A stretch of DNA of 45,710 nt, from positions 1-45,710 of the forward strand of contig JAUNPI010000003.1 of assembly GCA_030536875.1 (NCBI GenBank), read 5' to 3'. The DNA comes from Clostridia bacterium (GTDB lineage Bacteria; Bacillota; Clostridia; Christensenellales; Aristaeellaceae). The position numbers and the translations under genes are program-made. Below the pieces are notes generated by a model. That model was not told where the DNA came from and did no database searches. It saw nothing but the letters and a program-made list of their open reading frames with translations. Positions 18,144 through 26,230 of the stretch are shown here, piece by piece. Position 1 is the first letter of the stretch, and each line of letters opens with the position of its first letter.

Positions 18144-18201
18144 TGGACGTTTCCCATGTCATAGCGTCCAAGAGAGAAAAGAGACGATTGGAGAGAGCGC
18201 G

Positions 18202-18588
18202 ATGAAGATCAAGAAAGCGTTGTATCTGGCCCTCGGTTTGATCGGTTTGGGGCTTGGCGCCGTGGGCGCGGTCGTGCCGATGCTGCCCGCCTTTCCCTTC
18301 CTGCTGCTGGCGGCCTTCGGCTTTGGCAAGAGCTCGGAAAAGCTTCACACGTGGTTTGTCGGCACCAAGCTGTACAAGGAAAATTTGGAGACATACGTCG
18401 CCGGCAAGGGCATGACCATGAAGACCAAGGTGCGGATCATGGTCACCGTGACGGTTCTCATGAGCGTCGGCTTTGTCATGATGCATGCCGTCACGGTGGG
18501 CCGTATCGTGCTTTTCTGCGTGTGGGTGTTCCATATTGTGTACTTTGTATTCGGGGTCAAGACCCTTCCCGCGGCGGGCGACGCTTAA
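18202..18588 (+). CDS. DUF454/YbaN-family small inner-membrane protein
   Basis: 'LGLIGLGLGAVGAVVPMLPAFPFLLLAAFGFGKSSEKLHTWF' is the typical YbaN N-terminus. The protein is 128 aa with 3-4 TM segments. Confidence 0.75.
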   Translation: MKIKKALYLALGLIGLGLGAVGAVVPMLPAFPFLLLAAFGFGKSSEKLHTWFVGTKLYKENLETYVAGKGMTMKTKVRIMVTVTVLMSVGFVMMHAVTVGRIVLFCVWVFHIVYFVFGVKTLPAAGDA

Positions 18589-18639
18589 GCCGCGGGCAAG
18601 GCGGATGTACGGAAAAAGGAAAAAAATGCAAAAGAATTG

Positions 18640-18708
18640 AAGGGCTGCCGCAAAGCGAACCGCTCCCTGTCAACAGGACATGAAGCGATCCGCTCTGCGG
18701 CAGCCCTT
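18640..18708. repeat. 13-bp perfect inverted repeat with a 43-nt spacer between convergent ybaN-like and cysK genes
   Basis: AAGGGCTGCCGCA (18640-18652) pairs with TGCGGCAGCCCTT (18696-18708). It is probably a structured bidirectional terminator. Confidence 0.5.
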
Positions 18709-18724
18709 ATGGGTCAATTTGATG

Positions 18725-19657
18725 TCAATCCGCGAAGAGAGGCGTGGAGAGATAGCGATCGCCCGTATCCGGAAGCAGCGCCACGATGGTCTTGCCCCTG
18801 TTTTCCGGGCGCTTGGCCAGCTGAATGGCCGCCCACACCGCCGCGCCGGAGGAGATGCCCACCAGCACGCCTTCGGCCTTGCCGATGCGCTTGCCGGTGG
18901 CGAAAGCGTCGTCGTTTTCCACAGCGATGATCTCGTCATAGACGCCGGTATCCAGCACATCCGGGACGAAGCCCGCGCCGATGCCCTGAATCTTGTGCGC
19001 TCCAGGCGTGCCCTTGCTCAGCACGGGCGAGGAAGCGGGCTCCACGGCGACCACCCTGACGTTCGGGTTTTGGCTCTTGAGGTATTCGCCCACGCCGGTG
19101 ATGGTGCCGCCGGTGCCCACGCCGGCCACAAAGATATCGACCTTGCCGTCGGTGTCATCCCAGATTTCGGGGCCCGTCGTCGCCCTGTGGACGGCCGGAT
19201 TGGCGGGGTTTACAAACTGGCCGGGGATGAAGCTGCCCGGGATCTCCTTGGCCAGTTCCTCCGCCTTGGCGATGGCGCCCTTCATGCCCTTGGCGCCCTC
19301 GGTGAGCACCAGCTCCGCGCCGTAAGCCTTCATCAGCTGGCGGCGTTCCACGCTCATGGTCTCCGGCATCACGATGATGATGCGGTAGCCTCGTGCGGCG
19401 GCAACCGAGGCCAAGCCGATTCCCGTGTTGCCGGAGGTCGGCTCGATGATGACGGAGCCGGGTTTGAGTTTGCCGGTCGCCTCGGCGTCGTCGATCATGG
19501 CTTTGGCGATGCGGTCCTTCACGGAACCGGCGGGATTGAAATATTCCAGCTTGCCGAGGATGCGGGCCTGCAGCCCGTCTTCCCGCTGGATATGGACCAG
19601 CTCCAGCAGCGGAGTTTTTCCGATCAGCTGATCGGCGGACGTGTAAATGTTGCTCAT
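18725..19657 (-). CDS. cysK: Cysteine synthase A (O-acetylserine sulfhydrylase)
   Basis: '[15 protein letters not shown]' carries the PLP lysine. '[13 protein letters not shown]' and '[10 protein letters not shown]' are also present. The length is 310 aa. Confidence 0.95.
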   Translation of the reverse strand: MSNIYTSADQLIGKTPLLELVHIQREDGLQARILGKLEYFNPAGSVKDRIAKAMIDDAEATGKLKPGSVIIEPTSGNTGIGLASVAAARGYRIIIVMPETMSVERRQLMKAYGAELVLTEGAKGMKGAIAKAEELAKEIPGSFIPGQFVNPANPAVHRATTGPEIWDDTDGKVDIFVAGVGTGGTITGVGEYLKSQNPNVRVVAVEPASSPVLSKGTPGAHKIQGIGAGFVPDVLDTGVYDEIIAVENDDAFATGKRIGKAEGVLVGISSGAAVWAAIQLAKRPENRGKTIVALLPDTGDRYLSTPLFAD

Positions 19658-19769
19658 TGCGATTCCTCCGTTTCATTTCTTTTCTGTGCGCAATGCGGGA
19701 TTTAGGGTGAAGACCCAGACGGCGTGTACGTCAACATCGAAAAGAGGAGGAGTATCTCTCCATGTTTAT

Positions 19770-19825
19770 TACCAACCTTTCAAGTAGGTTGGTATGATTA
19801 TATGCGAAGAGACCCGCCATGTCAA
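19770..19825 (-). promoter_or_regulatory. Consensus sigma-A promoter of cysK with a 9-bp-arm palindrome at the transcription start region
   Basis: On the minus strand the -35 is TTGACA (19820-19825), the spacer is 17 nt, and the -10 is TATAAT (19797-19802). The palindrome TACCAACCT-N7-AGGTTGGTA (19770-19794) lies immediately downstream. Confidence 0.6.
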
Positions 19826-19847
19826 GCGATTTTCCAAGAAAAATACG

Positions 19848-19887
19848 TTGATTTTCCAATCAACCTTGCTGTATAATGGGTTGATTG
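19848..19887 (+). promoter_or_regulatory. Promoter of the rrf2-family gene bracketed by an inverted repeat
   Basis: TTGATT (19848-19853), an 18-nt spacer and TATAAT (19872-19877). CAATCAACC (19857-19865) and GGTTGATTG (19879-19887) are perfect inverted 9-mers flanking the -10. Confidence 0.55.
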
Positions 19888-19907
19888 TGGTAAAGGAGGG
19901 CAACGAC

Positions 19908-20339
19908 ATGCTGGTTTCGACGAAGGGGCGCTATGCGCTGCAGGTGATGGTCGATCTCGCGGAGCATCGATCGGACGGATATATTCCCCTGAAGACCATC
20001 GCCGACAGGCAGGACATATCGGAAAAGTATTTGGAGAGCATCGTTGTGCTGCTGGTGCGGGCCAATCTGCTCGACGGCGTCAGGGGCAAGGGCGGCGGCT
20101 ACAGGCTGACCCGTTCGCCCGACCAATACACGGTGGGCAGCGTGCTGCGGCTGACCGAAAAGTCGCTCGCTCCGGTTTCCTGCATGGAGGAAGGCTCGCC
20201 CGCCTGCGCGAAAGCGCCCGTCTGCCGCATGCTCCCGCTGTGGGAAGGGCTCGACCGGGTGATTCGCGATTACCTCGACAGCGTCACCATCGAAGACCTG
20301 ATGCAAAAGGGCGAGGCGGGAAACGATTACGTGATCTGA
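19908..20339 (+). CDS. Rrf2-family transcriptional regulator (CymR/IscR-like, with three clustered Cys)
   Basis: The N-terminal wHTH is 'STKGRYALQVMVDLAEH'. The Cys triad lies in 'VSCMEEGSPACAKAPVCRM'. 'AAGGAGGG' is upstream. Confidence 0.85.
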   Translation: MLVSTKGRYALQVMVDLAEHRSDGYIPLKTIADRQDISEKYLESIVVLLVRANLLDGVRGKGGGYRLTRSPDQYTVGSVLRLTEKSLAPVSCMEEGSPACAKAPVCRMLPLWEGLDRVIRDYLDSVTIEDLMQKGEAGNDYVI

Positions 20340-20382
20340 CGGCCATGAGCCGGGCAACATGACAGAAATGGGGCGGAAGGAT

Positions 20383-21150
20383 ATGCTCAATTCATTTTCA
20401 AGGACACAGCTCCTCTTCGGCGGGGAAGGCATGGAGAGGCTATATCGCTCGCGTGTGGCGGTATTCGGCATCGGAGGCGTGGGCGGCTATACGGTGGAGG
20501 CGCTTGCGCGCAGCGGTATCGGCGAGCTCGATCTCATCGACGACGACCGGGTATGCCTGACCAACATCAACCGGCAGATCATCGCCACGCGCAAAACCGT
20601 GGGACAGTTTAAGGTGGATGTGGCCGAACAGCGCGTACACGACATCAATCCCGATGCCGTGGTGCATACTTATAAAACCTTCTATACCGCCGAGACGGCC
20701 GATCAATTCGATTTTACCCGGTACGATTACGTGGTGGACGCGATTGACACCGTCGCCGGCAAGCTTGCGCTCGTGGAGCAGGCGCAGCGGGCGGGCGTGC
20801 CGATCATCAGCAGCATGGGCGCGGGCAACAAGGTCGATCCCACGGCCTTCGAGGTCGCGGATATCTACGAGACGTCCGTCTGCCCGCTTGCGCGCGTCAT
20901 GCGCACCGAGCTGCGCAAGCGCGGCGTCAAGCGTCTCAAGGTCGTCTACTCGAAGGAACCCGCGATGACGCCGATAGACGATCTGTCCGCCAGCTGCAAG
21001 GCAAACTGCGTCTGCCCGCCCGGAACGGCCAGAACCTGTACCCAGCGCCGCCAAGTGCCGGGGAGCAACGCCTTTGTTCCGCCGGTGGTCGGGTTGATCA
21101 TCGCCGGCGAGGTCGTCAAGGATCTCTCCGGTTTCAGCGGCGGAGCATGA
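20383..21150 (+). CDS. tcdA: tRNA threonylcarbamoyladenosine dehydratase (ThiF/MoeB-like E1 fold)
   Basis: 'FSRTQLLFGGEGMERLYRSRVAVFGIGGVGGYTVEALARSGIGELDLIDDDRVCLTNINRQ' matches the typical TcdA N-terminus. The start is uncertain because the ORF opens at 20359. Confidence 0.75.
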   Translation: MLNSFSRTQLLFGGEGMERLYRSRVAVFGIGGVGGYTVEALARSGIGELDLIDDDRVCLTNINRQIIATRKTVGQFKVDVAEQRVHDINPDAVVHTYKTFYTAETADQFDFTRYDYVVDAIDTVAGKLALVEQAQRAGVPIISSMGAGNKVDPTAFEVADIYETSVCPLARVMRTELRKRGVKRLKVVYSKEPAMTPIDDLSASCKANCVCPPGTARTCTQRRQVPGSNAFVPPVVGLIIAGEVVKDLSGFSGGA

Positions 21151-21196
21151 CCCTCTGCGATGCGCGGTTTGCCGTGACCCAATCCCGCATAGGGGG

Positions 21197-21246
21197 TTGA
21201 CAAATACCCGGAAGGGGTATATACTGTGAATACCCCTGAGGGGTAT
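21197..21246 (+). promoter_or_regulatory. cop promoter with two CsoR-type operators
   Basis: The -35 is TTGACA (21197-21202), the spacer is 17 nt, and the -10 is TATACT (21220-25). One GC-tract palindrome, ATACCCGGAAGGGGTAT (21204-21220), lies inside the spacer. The second, ATACCCCTGAGGGGTAT (21230-21246), lies just downstream. Both have the TACCC-N-GGGTA form known for CsoR boxes. Confidence 0.75.
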
Positions 21247-21260
21247 GAAAGGAGTCTGCT

Positions 21261-21563
21261 ATGGAGGATCAGGCGTGCTGCTGCCACAAGACGAAGGAGA
21301 GGAGCCCGGAGGAATACAAGAGCCTCATCCACCGGCTGAACCGCATCGAGGGGCAGGTTCGGGGAATTCGCGGTATGCTGGAAAAGAACGCGTATTGCAC
21401 GGATATCTTGGCGCAGGTGGCCGCGGCCAACGCGGCGCTGAGCGCGTTCAGCAAGGAGCTGCTGGCCGAGCACATCCGTACCTGCGTGGCGCAGGATATC
21501 AGGGACGGCAAGGACGAGACCATCGACGAGCTGGTTGCGATCTTGAAGAGGCTGATGAAGTGA
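21261..21563 (+). CDS. csoR: CsoR-family copper-sensing transcriptional repressor
   Basis: 'LIHRLNRIEGQVRGIRGMLEKNAYCTDILAQV...EHIRTC' carries the C-H-C Cu(I) ligand pattern. An extra N-terminal 'ACCCH' is present. Confidence 0.9.
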   Translation: MEDQACCCHKTKERSPEEYKSLIHRLNRIEGQVRGIRGMLEKNAYCTDILAQVAAANAALSAFSKELLAEHIRTCVAQDIRDGKDETIDELVAILKRLMK

Positions 21564-21625
21564 CCGGATGAGGGCAGAAGGGGTCTAAAGCCGCCCACGC
21601 GGCGAGCGATTGTTCGGAGGGAATC

Positions 21626-24157
21626 ATGAAACAGTATAACGTCACTGGCATGAGCTGCGCGGCTTGCAGTGCCAGAGTGGAAAAAGCCGTATCGAAGGTG
21701 CCGGGCGTGACGTCCTGCTCCGTCAGCCTGCTGACCAACTCGATGGGCGTGGAGGGCACGGCCTCCCCGCAGGAGATCGTCGCGGCTGTGGAGGCGGCCG
21801 GCTATGGCGCGTCCGAAAAGGGGGCGGCGGCCGAGCGGAGAAGCGCCGGCGTCTCGGAGGCGGAGGATGCCCTGAAAGACCGGGATACCCCGGTGCTCAA
21901 GCGCCGCCTGATCTGGTCCGTGGGCTTTCTGATCGTCCTGATGTACTTTTTAATGGGCCACATGATGTGGGGGTGGCCTTTGCCGCCTTTCTTGGACGGC
22001 AACCATGTGGCGATGGGGCTGACGCAGATGCTGCTGACGATTGTCATCATGGTCATCAATCAGAAGTTTTTCATCAGCGGATTCAAGAGCCTCTGGCATC
22101 GCTCGCCCAATATGGATACGCTGGTGGCGCTGGGGTCTACGGCTGCCTTTGTGTACAGCACGTACGCTCTGTTCGCCATGACCGACGCGCAGGTCAGAAT
22201 GGATATGGACGGCGTCATGCACTACATGATGGAATTCTACTTCGAATCGGCCGCCATGATTCTGACGCTGATCACCGTGGGCAAGATGCTGGAGGCCCGC
22301 TCGAAGGGGAAGACCACCGACGCGCTGAAGGGCCTGATGAAGCTCGCGCCCAAGACCGCCGTGGTGGTGCGGGACGGCGCCGAAACGGTCGTCTCCATCG
22401 AGCAGGTGCAAAAGGGCGATATCTTTGTCGTCCGTCCGGGCGAGCATATCCCGGTGGACGGCGTTGTGCTCGAGGGAAGCAGCGCGGTCAACGAATCCGC
22501 GCTGACCGGAGAGAGCATTCCCGTGGACAAGGCTGCGGGCGACGCCGTCTCCGCGGCGACGCTCAATCAGTCCGGCTTCATCAAGTGTCAGGCCACGCGT
22601 GTGGGCGAGGATACGACGCTCTCCCAGATTATCCAGATGGTCAGCGACGCGGCGGCCACCAAGGCGCCCATCGCCAAGGTTGCCGACAAGGTCTCCGGCG
22701 TTTTTGTGCCGGCGGTTATCGCCATCGCCGTCGTCACCACGGCCGTGTGGCTGCTTCTGGGGCAAAGCGTGGGCTATGCGCTGGCCCGGGGAATCTCCGT
22801 GCTCGTGATCAGCTGCCCATGCGCGCTGGGCCTTGCCACGCCGGTGGCCATCATGGTGGGCAACGGCATGGGCGCCAAAAACGGCATTTTGTTTAAGACC
22901 GCGGTCTCTCTGGAAGAGACCGGAAACGTGCAGATCGTGGCGCTGGATAAGACGGGAACCATCACCAGCGGCGAGCCGAAGGTGACGGATATCATCCCGG
23001 CTTCCGGCGTGGGGGAGGAAGAGCTGCTGCGCCTGGCGGTCGCGCTGGAAAAGAAGAGCGAGCATCCATTGGCCCGCGCCATTCTCGCCAAGGCGGAGGA
23101 GAGGCGGATGCAGGCCGAGGAGGTCGCCGATTTCCGGGCGCTGCCCGGCAACGGCCTGACCGCCGTGTGGAACGGCGCGGCGCTCAGCGGCGGCAGCCTC
23201 AAATTCATGCAGACGCAGGCCGGCATTCCCGACGACATCGCCGCCCAAGCCGGAGAGCTGGCGGAGCAGGGCAAGACCCCCCTGTTCTTCAGCCGGGACG
23301 GAAAACTCGCCGGCATCATCGCCGTGGCGGACGTCATCAAGGAGGACAGCCCGCAGGCCGTGCGCGAGATGCAGAACATGGGAATTCGCGTGGTCATGCT
23401 GACCGGCGACAACGAACGGACGGCCAAGGCCATCGGCAGGCAGGCGGGCGTGGACGAGGTCATCGCCGGCGTGCTGCCGGACGGCAAGGAGAGCGTCATC
23501 CGGGCGCTTAAGCAAAAGGGAAAGGTCGCGATGGTGGGCGACGGAATGAACGACGCGCCGGCCCTCACGCGCGCGGACATCGGCATCGCGATCGGCGCGG
23601 GCGCCGACGTGGCGATCGACGCCGCGGATGTGGTGCTCATGAAGAGCCGCCTCTCCGACGTGCCGGCCGCCATCCGCCTGAGCCGCGCGACGTTGCGCAA
23701 CATCCACGAAAATCTGTTCTGGGCGTTTTTCTACAACACCATCGGCATACCGCTGGCCGCGGGCGTGTTCGTTCCGCTCGGGCTGACGCTCAATCCGATG
23801 TTCGGCGCGGCGGCGATGAGCCTGAGCAGCTTCTGCGTGGTCACAAACGCGCTGAGGCTCAATCTGTTCAAGCTTCGCGACCCCAGCAAGGACAGGCGCA
23901 TCAAAGCGAGGCGCACGAAAGCGGCGAAGACCCGGCAGAAGACGCTGAGCCAAAAGACGCTGAGCATTGAGGGCATGATGTGCGGGCACTGCGAAGCGCG
24001 CGTCAAGAAGGCGCTGGAGGCCCTGCCGGAAGTGGAGCAGGCCGTGGTCAGCCACGAGGCCGGCACGGCGGTGGTGACCCTCAAGCAAGAGGCGGAAGAC
24101 GAGGCGCTCAAAAAGGCCGTGGAGGATCAGGATTACACGGTGACGGCCATCCGATGA
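21626..24157 (+). CDS. copA: Copper-translocating P1B-type ATPase with N- and C-terminal HMA domains
   Basis: The N-terminal HMA has 'GMSCAAC'. The TM motif is '[11 protein letters not shown]', the phosphorylation site 'DKTGTIT', and the hinge 'GDGMNDAP'. A C-terminal second HMA has '[18 protein letters not shown]'. Confidence 0.95.
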   Translation: MKQYNVTGMSCAACSARVEKAVSKVPGVTSCSVSLLTNSMGVEGTASPQEIVAAVEAAGYGASEKGAAAERRSAGVSEAEDALKDRDTPVLKRRLIWSVGFLIVLMYFLMGHMMWGWPLPPFLDGNHVAMGLTQMLLTIVIMVINQKFFISGFKSLWHRSPNMDTLVALGSTAAFVYSTYALFAMTDAQVRMDMDGVMHYMMEFYFESAAMILTLITVGKMLEARSKGKTTDALKGLMKLAPKTAVVVRDGAETVVSIEQVQKGDIFVVRPGEHIPVDGVVLEGSSAVNESALTGESIPVDKAAGDAVSAATLNQSGFIKCQATRVGEDTTLSQIIQMVSDAAATKAPIAKVADKVSGVFVPAVIAIAVVTTAVWLLLGQSVGYALARGISVLVISCPCALGLATPVAIMVGNGMGAKNGILFKTAVSLEETGNVQIVALDKTGTITSGEPKVTDIIPASGVGEEELLRLAVALEKKSEHPLARAILAKAEERRMQAEEVADFRALPGNGLTAVWNGAALSGGSLKFMQTQAGIPDDIAAQAGELAEQGKTPLFFSRDGKLAGIIAVADVIKEDSPQAVREMQNMGIRVVMLTGDNERTAKAIGRQAGVDEVIAGVLPDGKESVIRALKQKGKVAMVGDGMNDAPALTRADIGIAIGAGADVAIDAADVVLMKSRLSDVPAAIRLSRATLRNIHENLFWAFFYNTIGIPLAAGVFVPLGLTLNPMFGAAAMSLSSFCVVTNALRLNLFKLRDPSKDRRIKARRTKAAKTRQKTLSQKTLSIEGMMCGHCEARVKKALEALPEVEQAVVSHEAGTAVVTLKQEAEDEALKKAVEDQDYTVTAIR

Positions 24158-24200
24158 GCGGATCACGGAAAGCCCCGAAGGAAGCTTGAAAAATGGATAG

Positions 24201-24256
24201 ACAGACCGGAGATTCGCGCGAAGGCAGATCGTGCGAGATCCCCGGTCTGTTGTTTT
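24201..24256 (+). terminator. Rho-independent terminator after copA
   Basis: ACAGACCGG (24201-24209) pairs with CCGGTCTGT (24242-24250) around an internally structured loop. TGTTTT follows. Confidence 0.55.
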
Positions 24257-24267
24257 GAGGGGAGAGC

Positions 24268-26019
24268 CTATGCTTTTTGCTTATGATCCCTCTGAAGGAT
24301 GCGCCAAAGGGTTGTTCTGCCGATTCCCAGCCTCTCGGCGGCTTTGGTCTTGTTCATGTTTTCTTCTTTAAGGACACTGCAGACGACGGAATACGTGATT
24401 TCATCCAGTGTCCCCAGTGCGGATAGGGAGATACAGGAAGCGGCGGCGTTCTCCTCGCAGAGGATGGATTTGACTGCTTCACAGGTGATTTTGCTTCCTT
24501 CCGTGCAGCTGACGAGCTTTTGAATGACGCGATAGAGTTGAGCGGAGTTTTCCGGCCAATCGAATTGGGTCATGAGCTCAAGCGCGCTGTCGTCGAACCC
24601 GACGATTTGTTTGGTATAGTCGTAGTTGAATAGACTCGTGAGCTGCGTGGCGATTGTGGGAATATCGGCTTTTCGCTCGCGAAGAGGAGGAACCCGGCAG
24701 CAGATCAAAGACTGTTCGTTGACAAGATAGCTGTATAGCGGGCATTCTCGGTTTGCCGGAGAAATTCGGACAATGCCTTTGTTGCGTTTGAAGAGCAGGC
24801 TGGAGGCGATGCATTCGATGAGCTGTTTTTGCTGGGAATCTGAAAGAAAGTCGACATTGTCCAAGAAAAGAACGTGGTGATTCTCGCTGAAAGGCGAGTT
24901 TTCTTTGTGCAGGAGCGATTGAAAAGCGCTTTCACGCAGGTAGCGGAAATCGATCCGAACGAAGGGCTCTTTGCTGTAGAGGCTGTTGGCGTGCAGCACA
25001 TTGAGAAGCATGGAGAGATCCGTCCCCTCTTCGGCCAGAAGGAGGATGCTGTTTTTAAGGGGAGCTGCGCTTGAGAGGGTCTTTTCTAGGCTTTGCATGC
25101 AGCCGGTGTGATCGTAGTATGGCATTTCACCCGGCTGTTTGTATGAATATGCAAGAGCGCTGTCGTTCCAGACGCCTTTCTTTTCGCGCAGGGAGACAAG
25201 GGTACAGGGACTGCCCATGTATTCGTGTGCAGAAACCGCAACCAGATAGGTGCGGCCGGATAAGCGCTTGATCGATGTACTGTCCGGCGTGCTAGGGGCG
25301 GATGGGCAAAGATCGGACAGATCGCATACGCAACCCAGAACAGAAGGGGAACACTCGGAGAAAACGGGCTTGTTTTGGTTGTCGAAGAGGAGATATTCGA
25401 CGCCTTGCTGGGCGAGCACGTGCTTGAGAAGTTTCGCCTGCTGCGTCTTTTTTTCTAATGTGGAGAACATGGAGACGGCTTCATCCAGCGCGGCGGTGAT
25501 GCTCTCTATGCCGGAAGGGATTAGAATGCCATTCATTTGCTGAGATTTGGCTTCGCTGACGGCGATCGTATCGCCGATGACGACCGTATACCCGTCCTGA
25601 CGCAGTTTCAGAATGGTATCATGAACCATTTCTTCGCTTGTGATGGTGACGACTTTGATGGTTGTGCGGAGCATATCCGCAATTTCATTGATGCAGCTTG
25701 TCATGTTGGGGTAACCGACCAGCGCGACGCCGCTGCCGTGGCTGCCGACCAAACGAATGACCCGCAGAAGATCGTAGATGGTCGCGCGGATTTCGACAAC
25801 GGGCTTGCTCATATGCTGGGCCAGCAGGCGCGCGGTGCCGCCGCGAGAGAGGATCAGGTCGTAGGTTGAGCTATCCACGGCTTTGCACAGAGCCAGACCG
25901 GCGGAGAGGTTTCCGATTTTGATGGTGACAGACAGATCGTTCCGTGTTTTGCAGACATCGGATAAGACCTTGGCAAGCCCTTCGTTCGGCATGATGGCTA
26001 AAAGACGAATCTGACGCAT
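24268..26019 (-). CDS. PrpR_N-domain transcriptional regulator with a degenerate sigma-54-type AAA+ module and a C-terminal Fis-type HTH
   Basis: The N-terminal part, 'IRLLAIMPNEGL...LILSRGGTARLLAQHMSKPVVEIRATIYDLLRVI...VALVGYPN', is PrpR_N-like. The central region aligns to the bEBP AAA+ ('PLRERKADIP', 'FDWPEN') but lacks an intact Walker A, GAFTGA and Walker B. The C-terminal HTH is 'NKTKAAERLGIGRTTLWRIL'. AGGAGG lies 6 nt before the ATG at 26019. Confidence 0.8.
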   Translation of the reverse strand: MRQIRLLAIMPNEGLAKVLSDVCKTRNDLSVTIKIGNLSAGLALCKAVDSSTYDLILSRGGTARLLAQHMSKPVVEIRATIYDLLRVIRLVGSHGSGVALVGYPNMTSCINEIADMLRTTIKVVTITSEEMVHDTILKLRQDGYTVVIGDTIAVSEAKSQQMNGILIPSGIESITAALDEAVSMFSTLEKKTQQAKLLKHVLAQQGVEYLLFDNQNKPVFSECSPSVLGCVCDLSDLCPSAPSTPDSTSIKRLSGRTYLVAVSAHEYMGSPCTLVSLREKKGVWNDSALAYSYKQPGEMPYYDHTGCMQSLEKTLSSAAPLKNSILLLAEEGTDLSMLLNVLHANSLYSKEPFVRIDFRYLRESAFQSLLHKENSPFSENHHVLFLDNVDFLSDSQQKQLIECIASSLLFKRNKGIVRISPANRECPLYSYLVNEQSLICCRVPPLRERKADIPTIATQLTSLFNYDYTKQIVGFDDSALELMTQFDWPENSAQLYRVIQKLVSCTEGSKITCEAVKSILCEENAAASCISLSALGTLDEITYSVVCSVLKEENMNKTKAAERLGIGRTTLWRILQRDHKQKA

Positions 26020-26100
26020 AACGCCTCCTGATTGGTTCATTTTTAAACAAATCATATCACAAAAAAACAAGATTTTCAATATTTAAAAGATAAATTCCAT

Positions 26101-26169
26101 AAATGTTTCAAATAAAAACATTTTTGCAAGAATGAAATGTTTACATTTGAGATTGTTTTAGGCTATGAT
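26101..26169 (+). promoter_or_regulatory. AT-rich control region with AAATGT/ACATTT palindromes overlapping a putative sigma-A promoter for the catabolic operon
   Basis: AAATGTTT (26101-26108) and AAACATTT (26116-26123) form one palindrome. AAATGT-TT-ACATTT (26135-26148) overlaps a -35-like TTTACA (26140-26145). An 18-nt spacer leads to TATGAT (26164-26169). Confidence 0.45.
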
Positions 26170-26230
26170 AAAAAACGAAATAGAGATGAAATAAGAATAC
26201 TTGGCTGCCCAAATTCAAATTAAGGACGTG

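Noticed and set aside
19658-19790. Possible T-box or other riboswitch in the roughly 130-nt cysK leader; 'AGGGTGAAGACCC' caught the eye
   Set aside because: The GGGTG-like string is on the wrong strand for cysK. It does not match the T-box core (AGGGTGGNACCGCG). I could not trace a specifier or antiterminator architecture by eye. A covariance-model scan with Rfam/Infernal would settle the question.
21950-24166. 738-aa minus-strand ORF antisense to copA, plus other frames at 21664-22896 and 22774-23703
   Set aside because: These are shadow ORFs in GC-rich DNA. copA on the plus strand carries all the P-type ATPase motifs. The antisense products are Arg/His/Gly-rich with no motifs.
26020-26230. 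Search for a sigma-54 -24/-12 promoter (TGGCAC-N5-TTGCW) upstream of the catabolic operon, expected because the regulator has a bEBP-like domain
   Set aside because: A TTGCA occurs at about 26124-26128, but no GG lies at the required distance upstream. The region is almost pure A/T there, so no sigma-54 promoter is called.
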